NCBI GenBank assembly: GCA_040260805.1
Contig: JBDQPD010000042.1
Coordinates: forward strand, 1 to 26,674
DNA: 26,674 nt
Source: Myxococcota bacterium
Lineage (GTDB): Bacteria; Myxococcota; UBA4151
Direction: 5' to 3'
This document shows positions 9,345 through 18,044 of this stretch, in pieces (within the stretch, counting starts at the first letter, position 1; every line of letters begins with the position of its first letter). The notes beneath the pieces are model-generated. The model had not been told where the DNA came from, did no database searches, and saw only the letters and a program-made list of their open reading frames with translations. The translations under genes were made by a program, and so were the position numbers.

Positions 9345-10381
9345 CCCTGTTCATGGCTGGCGGTGTGGTCGCTTGCACCACGCCGGAGCCGAGCTCGTTT
9401 GATGCGGGGTTCGAGCGATCGATCGATTGGGCTCCGCCAGCGTTTGGTGGAGTGATCCCGAGCCCCGAGCGCAATCCACTGACGCAGGCTGGAGTCGGCT
9501 TAGGTCGTCGCTTATTTTATGATCGCAGCTTGAGCGCTGACGGGGCCGTGTCCTGCGCCACATGCCATATTCAAGGGCGCGCCTTCGCCGATGGAATCTC
9601 GCGCGGAAGTGACGGCGTCTCCGGTCAGCGACTAGGTCGTCATGCGCCGGTACTTCAGAATCTGGCCTGGCATGATCTCGGGCTGTTTTGGGATGGTGGA
9701 GCCAGTGACCTAGAGAGTTTGGTGGTGGCGCCGCTAATCAGTCCCGACGAGCTCGGCGCCGACCCTGATCAGTTGGTGGAGGCGCTCGCCGATGACCCTC
9801 TTTATGTCCAGCAATTTGATGAGGCCTTCGGCGCCGAACCCTCTTTGCCCTTGCTCATGCGAGCGGTAGCCCAGTTTATGAGAACGCTGGTCAGTGGTCA
9901 GAGCCGGTATGATGCGTTCGTTGCAGGCGAGGCGACCCTCTCTGCAGATCAAATGAGTGGTCTACGGGTCTTTGAGCAGCATTGCGTAAGCTGTCATCCC
10001 GCACCGTTTTTCACCGACCACGACTTCCATAACTTAGGCTTAGAAACCGAGTTCTCTGATGACCCGGAAGATCTTCGAAAAGGGCGCGGGCGCATCACGG
10101 AGCGCGAAGCTGATTTTGGGCGATTTAAGACACCGAGCTTGCGCAACGTTACGGTCAGCGCACCGTATCTTCACGATGGTCGCTTGTATGATCTGCGAGC
10201 GGTCTTAGAGCGTTATCGTGATGGGCTGGTGGTGAGCGATCACCTCGACCCTGCCTTGATCCAAGACAATGGAGAGGCAGGGCTGCCGATATCCGATCAA
10301 GACATCGATCATCTAGAAGCCTTCTTTGAGACGCTTGAAGATCGCAGGTTTCTCAACGCACCGGAGTTTGGTGAGCCATGA
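9320..10381 (+). CDS. mbnH: MbnH/MauG-family di-heme cytochrome c peroxidase-like enzyme
   Basis: NPLT..GV.LGRRLFYD, SCATCH, FWDG, CVSCH and FKTPSLRNV..SAPYLHDG, with Tyr in LERY at the distal-ligand position. The start is uncertain (GTG 9320 or ATG 9353). Confidence 0.85.
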   Translation: MVGRGWKLALFMAGGVVACTTPEPSSFDAGFERSIDWAPPAFGGVIPSPERNPLTQAGVGLGRRLFYDRSLSADGAVSCATCHIQGRAFADGISRGSDGVSGQRLGRHAPVLQNLAWHDLGLFWDGGASDLESLVVAPLISPDELGADPDQLVEALADDPLYVQQFDEAFGAEPSLPLLMRAVAQFMRTLVSGQSRYDAFVAGEATLSADQMSGLRVFEQHCVSCHPAPFFTDHDFHNLGLETEFSDDPEDLRKGRGRITEREADFGRFKTPSLRNVTVSAPYLHDGRLYDLRAVLERYRDGLVVSDHLDPALIQDNGEAGLPISDQDIDHLEAFFETLEDRRFLNAPEFGEP

Positions 10382-10830
10382 GCCGCACGTACAGCCAAGT
10401 CTTAGGCGACCTTCGCCTGATGCTCGAGGATGAATCCGATGCCGTCGCGATCATGTCGACCGTCGCTTGCGAGCTTCACCACGCCTTCGATCATCTGAGC
10501 TGGACCGGGTTTTATCGGGTCAGCGCGCCGGGGCGGCTAACGGTTGGGCCTTATCAAGGGACGCACGGTTGTCTGCATATTCGTTTTGACCAAGGCGTCT
10601 GCGGTGCTGCGGCGCGGACTCGTCAGCCTCAACTCGTCGATGATGTCGAGCAGTTCGAAGGCCATATAGCGTGCTCCTCAGCGACTCGCTCGGAGCTGGT
10701 GATGCCGATTCTCAAAGCCGGCGAAGTCGTCGCCGTGCTCGATTTGGACAGCGAGCAGCTCGCCGCCTTTTCGGCGGCTGATGTTGACGCGCTCGAGCCG
10801 TTTTGTGCGTGGCTTGGTGAGCGTCTCTAG
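10378..10830 (+). CDS. msrC: GAF-domain free methionine-(R)-sulfoxide reductase-like protein
   Basis: WTGFY, GPYQGTHGC, GVCGAAA, HIAC, SELVMP and VLDLDS, with the three family Cys; ATGA overlap with the upstream gene. Confidence 0.8.
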   Translation: MSRTYSQVLGDLRLMLEDESDAVAIMSTVACELHHAFDHLSWTGFYRVSAPGRLTVGPYQGTHGCLHIRFDQGVCGAAARTRQPQLVDDVEQFEGHIACSSATRSELVMPILKAGEVVAVLDLDSEQLAAFSAADVDALEPFCAWLGERL

Positions 10831-11723
10831 TACTGCCAGGGAAAGCCCGAGAAGTCCTGGTCACGTTTTTCAAGGAACGCATCTCGACCTTCACGTGCTT
10901 CGTCGGTTCCGTAGGCGAGGCGGGTCGCCTCACCTGCGAAGATCTGTTGCCCGACCAAGCCGTCATCGATCAGATTAAAGCCGAATTTGAGCATGCGTTG
11001 AGCGGTGGGGGATTTCGTGATGATCGCCTCAGCCCAGCGCAGCGCTTCGGTTTCAAGCTCTTGGTGCGGCACGGAGGCGTTGACCATACCCATCGCCGCC
11101 GCCTCATCGGCGGTGTAGTTGAAGCCGCAAAAGAAGATCTCTCTCGCCTTCTTTTGTCCCACCATCCGCGCCAGATAAGCCGAGCCAAAACCCGAGTCAA
11201 AACTCGCCACATCAGCGTCCGTTTGTTTGAAAATGGCATGCTCTTTACTGGCAAGAGTCAAGTCGCAAACCACGTGCAAACTGTGACCACCACCAACAGC
11301 CCAGCCGGGTACGACTGCGATCACAACTTTGGGCATAAATCGAATCAGTCGCTGCACCTCAAGGATGTGCAAACGACCCAAACGAGCGGGGTCCACCGTG
11401 CCCGATTCGCTGTCTTCATATTTGTAGCCATCTTTGCCTCGAATGCGCTGGTCGCCGCCTGAGCAAAAAGCCCAGCCGCCGTCTTTGGGTGAGGGCCCAT
11501 TACCGGTGAGCAAGACACAGCCGACGTCGCTCCATTGCCGCGCATGGTCCAAGGCGCGGTAGAGCTCATCGACCGTCGCCGGACGAAAGGCGTTGCGGCA
11601 ATCCGGTCGATCAAAGGCAATACGCACCACGCCGAGTTGATGGTGTCGGTGGTAGGTAATATCCGAAAAATCGAACCCTTCGACCGAGCTCCAAGCGTTG
11701 GCGTCAAAGATAGGACTGATCAT
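10827..11723 (-). CDS. menB: 1,4-dihydroxy-2-naphthoyl-CoA synthase
   Basis: RNAFRP.TVDE, AFCSGGDQRIRG, RLHILEVQRLIRFMPK, WAVGGGHSLHVVCDL, VASFDSGFG, QKKAREIFF and EAREGRDAFLEKR. Confidence 0.96.
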   Translation of the reverse strand: MISPIFDANAWSSVEGFDFSDITYHRHHQLGVVRIAFDRPDCRNAFRPATVDELYRALDHARQWSDVGCVLLTGNGPSPKDGGWAFCSGGDQRIRGKDGYKYEDSESGTVDPARLGRLHILEVQRLIRFMPKVVIAVVPGWAVGGGHSLHVVCDLTLASKEHAIFKQTDADVASFDSGFGSAYLARMVGQKKAREIFFCGFNYTADEAAAMGMVNASVPHQELETEALRWAEAIITKSPTAQRMLKFGFNLIDDGLVGQQIFAGEATRLAYGTDEAREGRDAFLEKRDQDFSGFPWQY

Positions 11724-11778
11724 GGCGTCTCTCCCGTTAGGGCGGCAGATGCCAGCCCAAGCGCGCTAAGGAAAGCCT

Positions 11779-14634
11779 TTAGCGTGATGGGTAACTGCGT
11801 ACCGCCTGACCCAGCCGGTCTGCTTGGTCGAGGCGCCCGCCGAGCGCTTTGCGTCGAGCCTGAGCGCCTGCAAACGAGATGCCTTCGGTACCGTCCATTC
11901 GCCACAGGCTGACCTGAGCGCTCGCTTCGGCTCGAACACCCGTGGCGCAAGGAAGCGATTTGCAGGAAATGACCCGAGCGCCGCTCGTTCCCTCGAGCTC
12001 CCAACGACTCTCAAGATTTTGACTTCGACCTTCGAGGCTAATCACCAATTCGCCATCGATCGAAACCAAGGTGAAGGGTAACCCGTCATGCGCTTTACCG
12101 CAGTTGCGATCCTCACCGCTGACCCACGGGAAGTTACGCTCTTGGCAGATAGCGAGCATTGGCTCGGTCAGGTTGTCATGGCGGCATTCGGCGCGGTTGA
12201 CGACGTCGGCAATATCAACGCCTTCAATTCCAATATCCGGACGCTGCTGATTGGTCAGGTCTTCGAGCAAAATATCCATGATCGCTTGTTCACCCAGAGC
12301 GATTTGATCATGGGCTTCGGCGTCCCCCGAGTCGTCCAGCAAATCCCAGAGCAAGGGCGCGACCAAATATTCGCTGATCCCACCATCTAAACGATTCGAG
12401 CCGGTGCCACGATATTGGTCGTTGTCACCGATCGTCTCTAGGTCTTTGCTGCTCTGCCCGCGGCCGCGCATGTCGATGTAGAAGCGCTGGTTGCTCGCCA
12501 TCGAGCCAAAGAAGGTGGCGACCCCTTCACCAAAGGCAAGCAAGGGGTTGGTTCGATCCCCGTTGTGGCTGCCGCCCGGTGAATCGTCATGACTAAACCG
12601 GTCCATAAAGTAGTGCGCAAACTCATGACGAATCACGTCGTCGTCCCACTCGTCAGGGTCAGCTTCTTGACCGCCAAGGCGGATCCGGTTCCGCGAGTAG
12701 CATGACCCGCAATTCCAGCTCTCCAAGGGAGCCCACTGGATCGTGAGCCGGGGCGCGTCTTGCTGAGTAAAACGTCTCACGAATCGATAGGTTTCGACCG
12801 AGGTCGCCAGAATGTTGAACGCCGCACCCGCTGGGGTGCCATGATCTGCGATCAGGTCAATGGTCTCATCGGGCGCCGGCACAAAGGGCTCGTTCGTGAT
12901 CGAGTACAGGGCAGCAGGATCGCTCCGGTTAATGACTCGAACCGGGGTGTTTGAGAGGCTCTCCGCCAGCGCTCTGATCCGCCAATTCTCCTGGTCGACC
13001 CACTCGGCCTCAAGGACGTAGCGACCTTCTTCATCCGCGGTGGCGGTCGCCAAAATTCGCTCTTCATCGCCGCCGAGCAATTCGACGCGCACGAAGGGTA
13101 CGACCCGGTTTTGAGTCTGACCGGTCATCCCTTGTCGATTGTAGAGTCGATCGGAATACAGAACCTGCCCACTCAGGCGGATGTAAGAGCAGACATCGTC
13201 TTGGTTTGGGTTGGCGGTTCGAGGGCAGTTGTCGAGCTCGTCTGACCAGTCATCGCCATCGGCGTCTTCGGCGTCGTTGCAGGCATCTCCCAACCCATTT
13301 GAGTCGCTGTCGGCTTGGTCGATATCCGCAACATCCGGGCAGACATCGACGTCGTTGAGGTGGCTGTCACCGTCTCGATCATCATCACACGGGTCACCTC
13401 TGCCGTCGTCGTCAGCGTCGGGTTGAGCGAGCGTTTCAAACCGCAGCGCGTCCTGATTGAGGTCCAAAGCCGAATTGTTTCGACCCGGAACGCTCACCGC
13501 GACATTGCGCGCGTAGTTTTGCAGCCCTTGAGTAGCTGTGCGGTCGCCGCGCGTCACGCAAGCAGCGCAGACTATGTCAATGGCGCCCGCTTCATACAGC
13601 ACGATCTGGAAGAAGTTTCTCGGGTCGCCATTGCCCGCGCCGTAACCCGGGACACGGTCCCATTCGACCGTAAAGATCCTGTTTGGGGCTTCACCGGTGG
13701 TGCCGTAGCGGACGCTGCCGCCTGCCGATGGGTCAAGGTCAGTCCAAAATCCCATGACCGCTAGCCGCGAAGCTTCCTCGCTAGGCAGGGTCTGGGCGCG
13801 ATCATAGCGCTGGTTTTGACCGGTGAGTTGAAAGCTGATGAAGCCGTTTGAGTGGATCCGAACCCGCTCTCGCCAGCCCGAGAAGAAGGGGAATTTAAAC
13901 CCGATATCTAAGGCTTCGCTGCGGCTGTCATCGCCGAGCTCGACTTCATTCGCTGGATGTGCCTGAAGCACGACCTCGATCGAGCGCCCCTGCCAGCCGA
14001 CGTTGGCTTGATTCGGGCAGTTGTCGAGCCCGTCAGCGACGCCGTCACCGTCGCCGTCTGGGGTGATTTGGCAGGCGTCGCCTTGATCGTTTTCATCTCG
14101 GTCGACCTGCTCAGGGTTGTAGCGCTCTGGACAGTTGTCCGCATCGTCGCACAAGCCATCGCCGTCGCTGTCGCCCGATGGGCTCGCAGGGCAGGCGTCA
14201 CAGGCGTCGCCGATGCCGTCCTCATCACCATCTTCTTGGAGCGGGTTCGCAACGTCTGGGCAGTTGTCTTCGCTGGCGCAGACGCTGTCTTGGTCGCTGT
14301 CCGCACCCGCATCATCCGGGCAGGCGTCGCAGGCGTCACCCCAGCCATCAAAGTCGGTATCCTCTTGGTCTGGGTTCGCCACCTCGGGACAGTTGTCGTC
14401 AGCGAAGCACAGGCCATCGCCGTCCGGATCGTTGTCGCGATCGAGCGGGCAGACATCACAAGGGTTACCGATGCCGTCGCCGTCCTCATCCGTTTGGGCG
14501 GTGTTGGCGACCTCAGGGCAATTATCAAGCTGGTCGACGATGGTGTCGAGATCTTTGTCGTCGATCGGGGGTGCTTCAACGGCGACCGAGCATGCCACCG
14601 AGGATAGCAAAACTAAAGAGAACAGTCGTTTCAT
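11779..14634 (-). CDS. 951-aa lipoprotein: thrombospondin type-3 Ca-binding repeats, NIDO-like domain, Ig-like domain and HExxH zinc metallopeptidase
   Basis: Lipobox VAC; many DxDxDGxxDxCDxCP / DNCP.VAN..Q repeats; central IGFKFPFF...HSNGFISF...FWTDLDP...FQIVLYE; DEWDDDVIRHEFAH (HEFAH at 12613-12627), SPGGSH and AFGEG. Confidence 0.82.
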   Translation of the reverse strand: MKRLFSLVLLSSVACSVAVEAPPIDDKDLDTIVDQLDNCPEVANTAQTDEDGDGIGNPCDVCPLDRDNDPDGDGLCFADDNCPEVANPDQEDTDFDGWGDACDACPDDAGADSDQDSVCASEDNCPDVANPLQEDGDEDGIGDACDACPASPSGDSDGDGLCDDADNCPERYNPEQVDRDENDQGDACQITPDGDGDGVADGLDNCPNQANVGWQGRSIEVVLQAHPANEVELGDDSRSEALDIGFKFPFFSGWRERVRIHSNGFISFQLTGQNQRYDRAQTLPSEEASRLAVMGFWTDLDPSAGGSVRYGTTGEAPNRIFTVEWDRVPGYGAGNGDPRNFFQIVLYEAGAIDIVCAACVTRGDRTATQGLQNYARNVAVSVPGRNNSALDLNQDALRFETLAQPDADDDGRGDPCDDDRDGDSHLNDVDVCPDVADIDQADSDSNGLGDACNDAEDADGDDWSDELDNCPRTANPNQDDVCSYIRLSGQVLYSDRLYNRQGMTGQTQNRVVPFVRVELLGGDEERILATATADEEGRYVLEAEWVDQENWRIRALAESLSNTPVRVINRSDPAALYSITNEPFVPAPDETIDLIADHGTPAGAAFNILATSVETYRFVRRFTQQDAPRLTIQWAPLESWNCGSCYSRNRIRLGGQEADPDEWDDDVIRHEFAHYFMDRFSHDDSPGGSHNGDRTNPLLAFGEGVATFFGSMASNQRFYIDMRGRGQSSKDLETIGDNDQYRGTGSNRLDGGISEYLVAPLLWDLLDDSGDAEAHDQIALGEQAIMDILLEDLTNQQRPDIGIEGVDIADVVNRAECRHDNLTEPMLAICQERNFPWVSGEDRNCGKAHDGLPFTLVSIDGELVISLEGRSQNLESRWELEGTSGARVISCKSLPCATGVRAEASAQVSLWRMDGTEGISFAGAQARRKALGGRLDQADRLGQAVRSYPSR

Positions 14635-14712
14635 GGCAGGTTCTTAGCCCTCATCAGCCTAGTTCGCCAAATCGGTTGTCTCAGAGCAGCGCTTGAGGCC
14701 ATCATCTCGACC

Positions 14713-15843
14713 ATGAGATGGCTTCTACTGGTCAGCCTAAATACGCTCGCGTGCCACACACCGCCGCCGCCGGACTGGTGCGGTGATCAGGCGCCTGACG
14801 CGTCGTGCTTTCGAGAAAAAAGACCTTTAGACCATCCGAATTTGAAGCGCGCTCAAGAGATCGCTGCAGCCTTCATGCGGCGCCACCCAGCCACCGAACT
14901 TAAATGGGGTTGGGAAGATGGGGTCTTATTGACCGCCTTGTCCGAGCTGCATCGCGTCACTCAAGATGCAGCGGTTGAGCGCTACCTCAAAGACTACCTC
15001 GATCACCACCAAGCCGAGTCCGTGGCGTTTGAGGTCAGCGACGATTGCCCACCGGTTTCGGTCGCGGCCTACCTTGGCGGTTACGACCCGATGGTCGCTG
15101 CGATGAATCAATATCTTGATGTCGAGGCGCTTCGAACCCCCGAGGGTTTACTCAATCACAACGGCGTCCTCGAGCTTATTCCTCCGAGCGCCTGGCTTGA
15201 TTCTTTGTTCATGTTTGGCATGCCCTTGATGCGCCAAGCGGAGTTTCAAGGGCGACCAGAGCGGCTTGAGTTTTACGCGGTACAGCTGCGCTTGTTTGTT
15301 GAGACATTGCAGCATTCATCTGGCTTGTTTCAGCATGCCGATTCGTATTGGATCAACGCTCAAGATGACGGCGTTTTCTGGGCTCGTGGCAACGGCTGGG
15401 TGACCGCTGCGATCGCCGAGTATCTTCGTTTGCGCCGAAACCAAGGCGAAGACGATGAAGCCGTTCGTCAAGCCTTTATCCGTCACGTGGATGCGTTGAT
15501 CGAGCGCCAGGCAGAGTCCGGGCGTTGGTGGACTTTGCTGAGTCATCCTGGCGAGGTTTATCAAGAGACCAGCGCCGGCGCGCTCTTCGCATTTGGGATG
15601 GCGCGAGCTTGGCGATACGGCGTCCTCGATGACAAGGTCCTGCCCGTGATTAACCGAGCTATCGATGGTATCCTAGAGCGGGTTGAGAATCGCCAAGACG
15701 GGCCGGTCGTGGTGGGCATTTCGGGACCGACGATGGCTGGTACCAAGGCGGTCTATGCTCAGGTCCCCTTGCGTGAAGATGTCAGTTTTGGAGTAGGTGC
15801 TGTGGTGTTTGCGTTGATTGAGTCGTCAGGATTACCCCAATGA
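14713..15843 (+). CDS. Glycoside hydrolase family 88/105 (unsaturated uronyl hydrolase), lipoprotein
   Basis: WGWEDG, WLDSLFM, SGLFQH, FWARGNGW, ETSAGALF and GVGAVV; lipobox LAC. Confidence 0.87.
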   Translation: MRWLLLVSLNTLACHTPPPPDWCGDQAPDASCFREKRPLDHPNLKRAQEIAAAFMRRHPATELKWGWEDGVLLTALSELHRVTQDAAVERYLKDYLDHHQAESVAFEVSDDCPPVSVAAYLGGYDPMVAAMNQYLDVEALRTPEGLLNHNGVLELIPPSAWLDSLFMFGMPLMRQAEFQGRPERLEFYAVQLRLFVETLQHSSGLFQHADSYWINAQDDGVFWARGNGWVTAAIAEYLRLRRNQGEDDEAVRQAFIRHVDALIERQAESGRWWTLLSHPGEVYQETSAGALFAFGMARAWRYGVLDDKVLPVINRAIDGILERVENRQDGPVVVGISGPTMAGTKAVYAQVPLREDVSFGVGAVVFALIESSGLPQ

Positions 15844-18014
15844 GATACAGCGCAGGCTTAGCTTTGCTCTTGGCCGCTTGCTCGGAGGATCCGCCTCCGG
15901 AGCCTGAACGGGTCATTGTCCACCCGCACCTCGCCGTGCGAGCGGACCAAAAGGAATCGATTTTGGCGCGTCTAAACGATGCCCCATTCGACGCTCTTTA
16001 CGCCCGGATCACGGCGCGAGCGGACAATGAGTTCAGCGAGCCAGAGGCTGGTGTTTGGGACTGGAAAACCTACAATAAAAATGCCTGCATCAGTCAGGCC
16101 AACGCCTTTTTAGCCTGGCTGCACGATGACCCGACGCGCGCCGAGAAGCCTCGCCAGTATTTTCGAGATTTAGCGACCGATTATGAGAACCACAACAGCT
16201 GGGATTTGAACATTCGGATGCCGTACATGGCGGTGTGCGGTGTTCATACCTGGGATTTCTTGATGGGCAGCGGCTTCTTTCCCGCTGAGGAAGCCTCGGC
16301 AGCCCAAGACAAGTTGGTGCACATCGCCCAAGCTCATTTTGACCACTACGTGATGGATTCGTTTTATCGCTACACGGCGCTTGAGGTCACTCAAAACAAC
16401 CACCCCTTGCGTACCGCCTCGACGCTGGCGCTCACCGGGATGGCGTTCCCTGATGCACCCGGTGCCATGGAGTGGTTGGGATGGGCCTTAGCCGAGTATG
16501 ATTATTTGTTCTCTGAGGAGGGCCATTACATTCAGGCTGAAGGCGGCGTTTCCGAAGGCCCGCATTATTATTTCTTTGGCTTACCAGCCGTTATGGCGGC
16601 GCTGATTGCGGCGGATAACGGGTGGGATGAGGCTCGGCCGATCAAACGGAATTGCTTATCACGAAACATCGGTCCGCCTTGGAACGCAGGCGACTGCACC
16701 GAGACCTCGTTTGACTTCTCAAACCCGCTCAGGCGCGAGCGTTTCGCCAAGGCTATGGATTGGTCGATGGCGCTTCGAATGGGCGACGGTGGGCGATTGT
16801 CGATTGCAGACGGGGGTCGGCATTCGCCCAATGGTCTGGCGCTGATGGCTGGGTATGCTGAGGGTAAAGAGCACCTGGTTTGGGATTGGATGACCAATCA
16901 ACGCGATGAGCTCAAGACGACCGGCGGGATGCACCTGACCATTCACCACTTGGCGCATCTGCCACATCCTTTGACCGCCTCGGAGCCGAGCTGGCTTAAT
17001 CGGTTCATGCCCGATTCGGGCTATGCTGTTTTTCGCAGCGGATGGGATCCTCAAGCGCGCCTTGGGGTGTTGATGGCGGAGCATGGCCCGGCGCGTCTCA
17101 CGCTTCATGACCATGTCGACGGCATGCACTTTATGCTCGAAGCCTTTGGCGAATACCTCGTCATTGATACCGGCTATTATAAGCCCAACGAGCTCAACAA
17201 CGCTCGAACTGCGAATGCCCCAGCGCACAACGTGATCTTGATCGACGGTCAGGGCGCTCCAACCAAGGGGCTGCTCAACGACTGGGGTGGGGCAGACGCC
17301 TATTTAGAGAACACCCACGACGGTCAGCGTCTAGCCTACGCCGAAGCGCGCCAGCGCTATCAAAACACGAACTTCGTACGCTCGATGGCTTTTGTCGGCG
17401 GTCGGTACTTTGTGATCGCCGATCGCCTGACTAGCGACGCCGCCGAGGCGCGTGAGCATCGCTGGCGTGTGCACGCGGGGGTGGGTCGCGATTATCCAGG
17501 TCAATCGAGCTTTGAGGGGAACCGCGCGACGCTCACCGCAACCCATGCTCGTCTCGAGATCGCGCTGGCGAGCCCATCCGGTGATGTGGTTTTTCAGGCG
17601 CCTCCCTTCGTAGAGGACCAGGCGCCTTACGTGCACTCGATCAACGGTCACGGTCATCATGACGTCCTTGATGGGGTGATCAGCGCGCGTCAGCCCAGCT
17701 TTCTTGGGGTGCTGCTGCCTTCACCAACCGATGACACCAGCCTCACGATTGAGGCTGTTGATGCGCCGGAGGGAAGCGTCGCTTGGCGCATCGTCGGTGG
17801 CGAGACCGACGATCTGATCTGGTTGCGATCCGGTGGCGTTGAGCTGCCGCTTGAGGTGAATGCTGAGTTGATCCAGACCGACGCAGAGCTGCTTATTTTG
17901 AGCGGTTCGGATGCTGGTTTGATGGTGTCTGGTTCCTCGTTGAGCGTGGGCGGCGTCCAGCGCGTCCAGCTCGACAGCGTCGCCCCGGTTCACGGTTGGG
18001 AGCCCGGTGATTGA
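15840..18014 (+). CDS. Heparinase II/III-like polysaccharide lyase, lipoprotein
   Basis: QNNH, EGPHYYFFG, GYAVFRSGWD, HDHVDG, VIDTGYY and AHNVILIDG; lipobox LAAC; ATGA overlap with the GH gene. Confidence 0.82.
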   Translation: MRYSAGLALLLAACSEDPPPEPERVIVHPHLAVRADQKESILARLNDAPFDALYARITARADNEFSEPEAGVWDWKTYNKNACISQANAFLAWLHDDPTRAEKPRQYFRDLATDYENHNSWDLNIRMPYMAVCGVHTWDFLMGSGFFPAEEASAAQDKLVHIAQAHFDHYVMDSFYRYTALEVTQNNHPLRTASTLALTGMAFPDAPGAMEWLGWALAEYDYLFSEEGHYIQAEGGVSEGPHYYFFGLPAVMAALIAADNGWDEARPIKRNCLSRNIGPPWNAGDCTETSFDFSNPLRRERFAKAMDWSMALRMGDGGRLSIADGGRHSPNGLALMAGYAEGKEHLVWDWMTNQRDELKTTGGMHLTIHHLAHLPHPLTASEPSWLNRFMPDSGYAVFRSGWDPQARLGVLMAEHGPARLTLHDHVDGMHFMLEAFGEYLVIDTGYYKPNELNNARTANAPAHNVILIDGQGAPTKGLLNDWGGADAYLENTHDGQRLAYAEARQRYQNTNFVRSMAFVGGRYFVIADRLTSDAAEAREHRWRVHAGVGRDYPGQSSFEGNRATLTATHARLEIALASPSGDVVFQAPPFVEDQAPYVHSINGHGHHDVLDGVISARQPSFLGVLLPSPTDDTSLTIEAVDAPEGSVAWRIVGGETDDLIWLRSGGVELPLEVNAELIQTDAELLILSGSDAGLMVSGSSLSVGGVQRVQLDSVAPVHGWEPGD

Positions 18015-18044
18015 CGCGCGCTTAGAAACGGGCTGTTCTTGGTC

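Noticed and set aside
8592..10381. Methanobactin biosynthetic cluster
   Set aside because: No precursor peptide, mbnB/mbnC or TonB-dependent receptor is visible; only the mbnP/mbnH-like pair is present.
13173..14696. Several long overlapping ORFs and repeated DNA suggesting a CRISPR array or nested genes
   Set aside because: These are shadow frames of the Asp/Cys/Gly TSP3 repeats; the repeats are degenerate at codon level, with no identical direct repeats or spacers.
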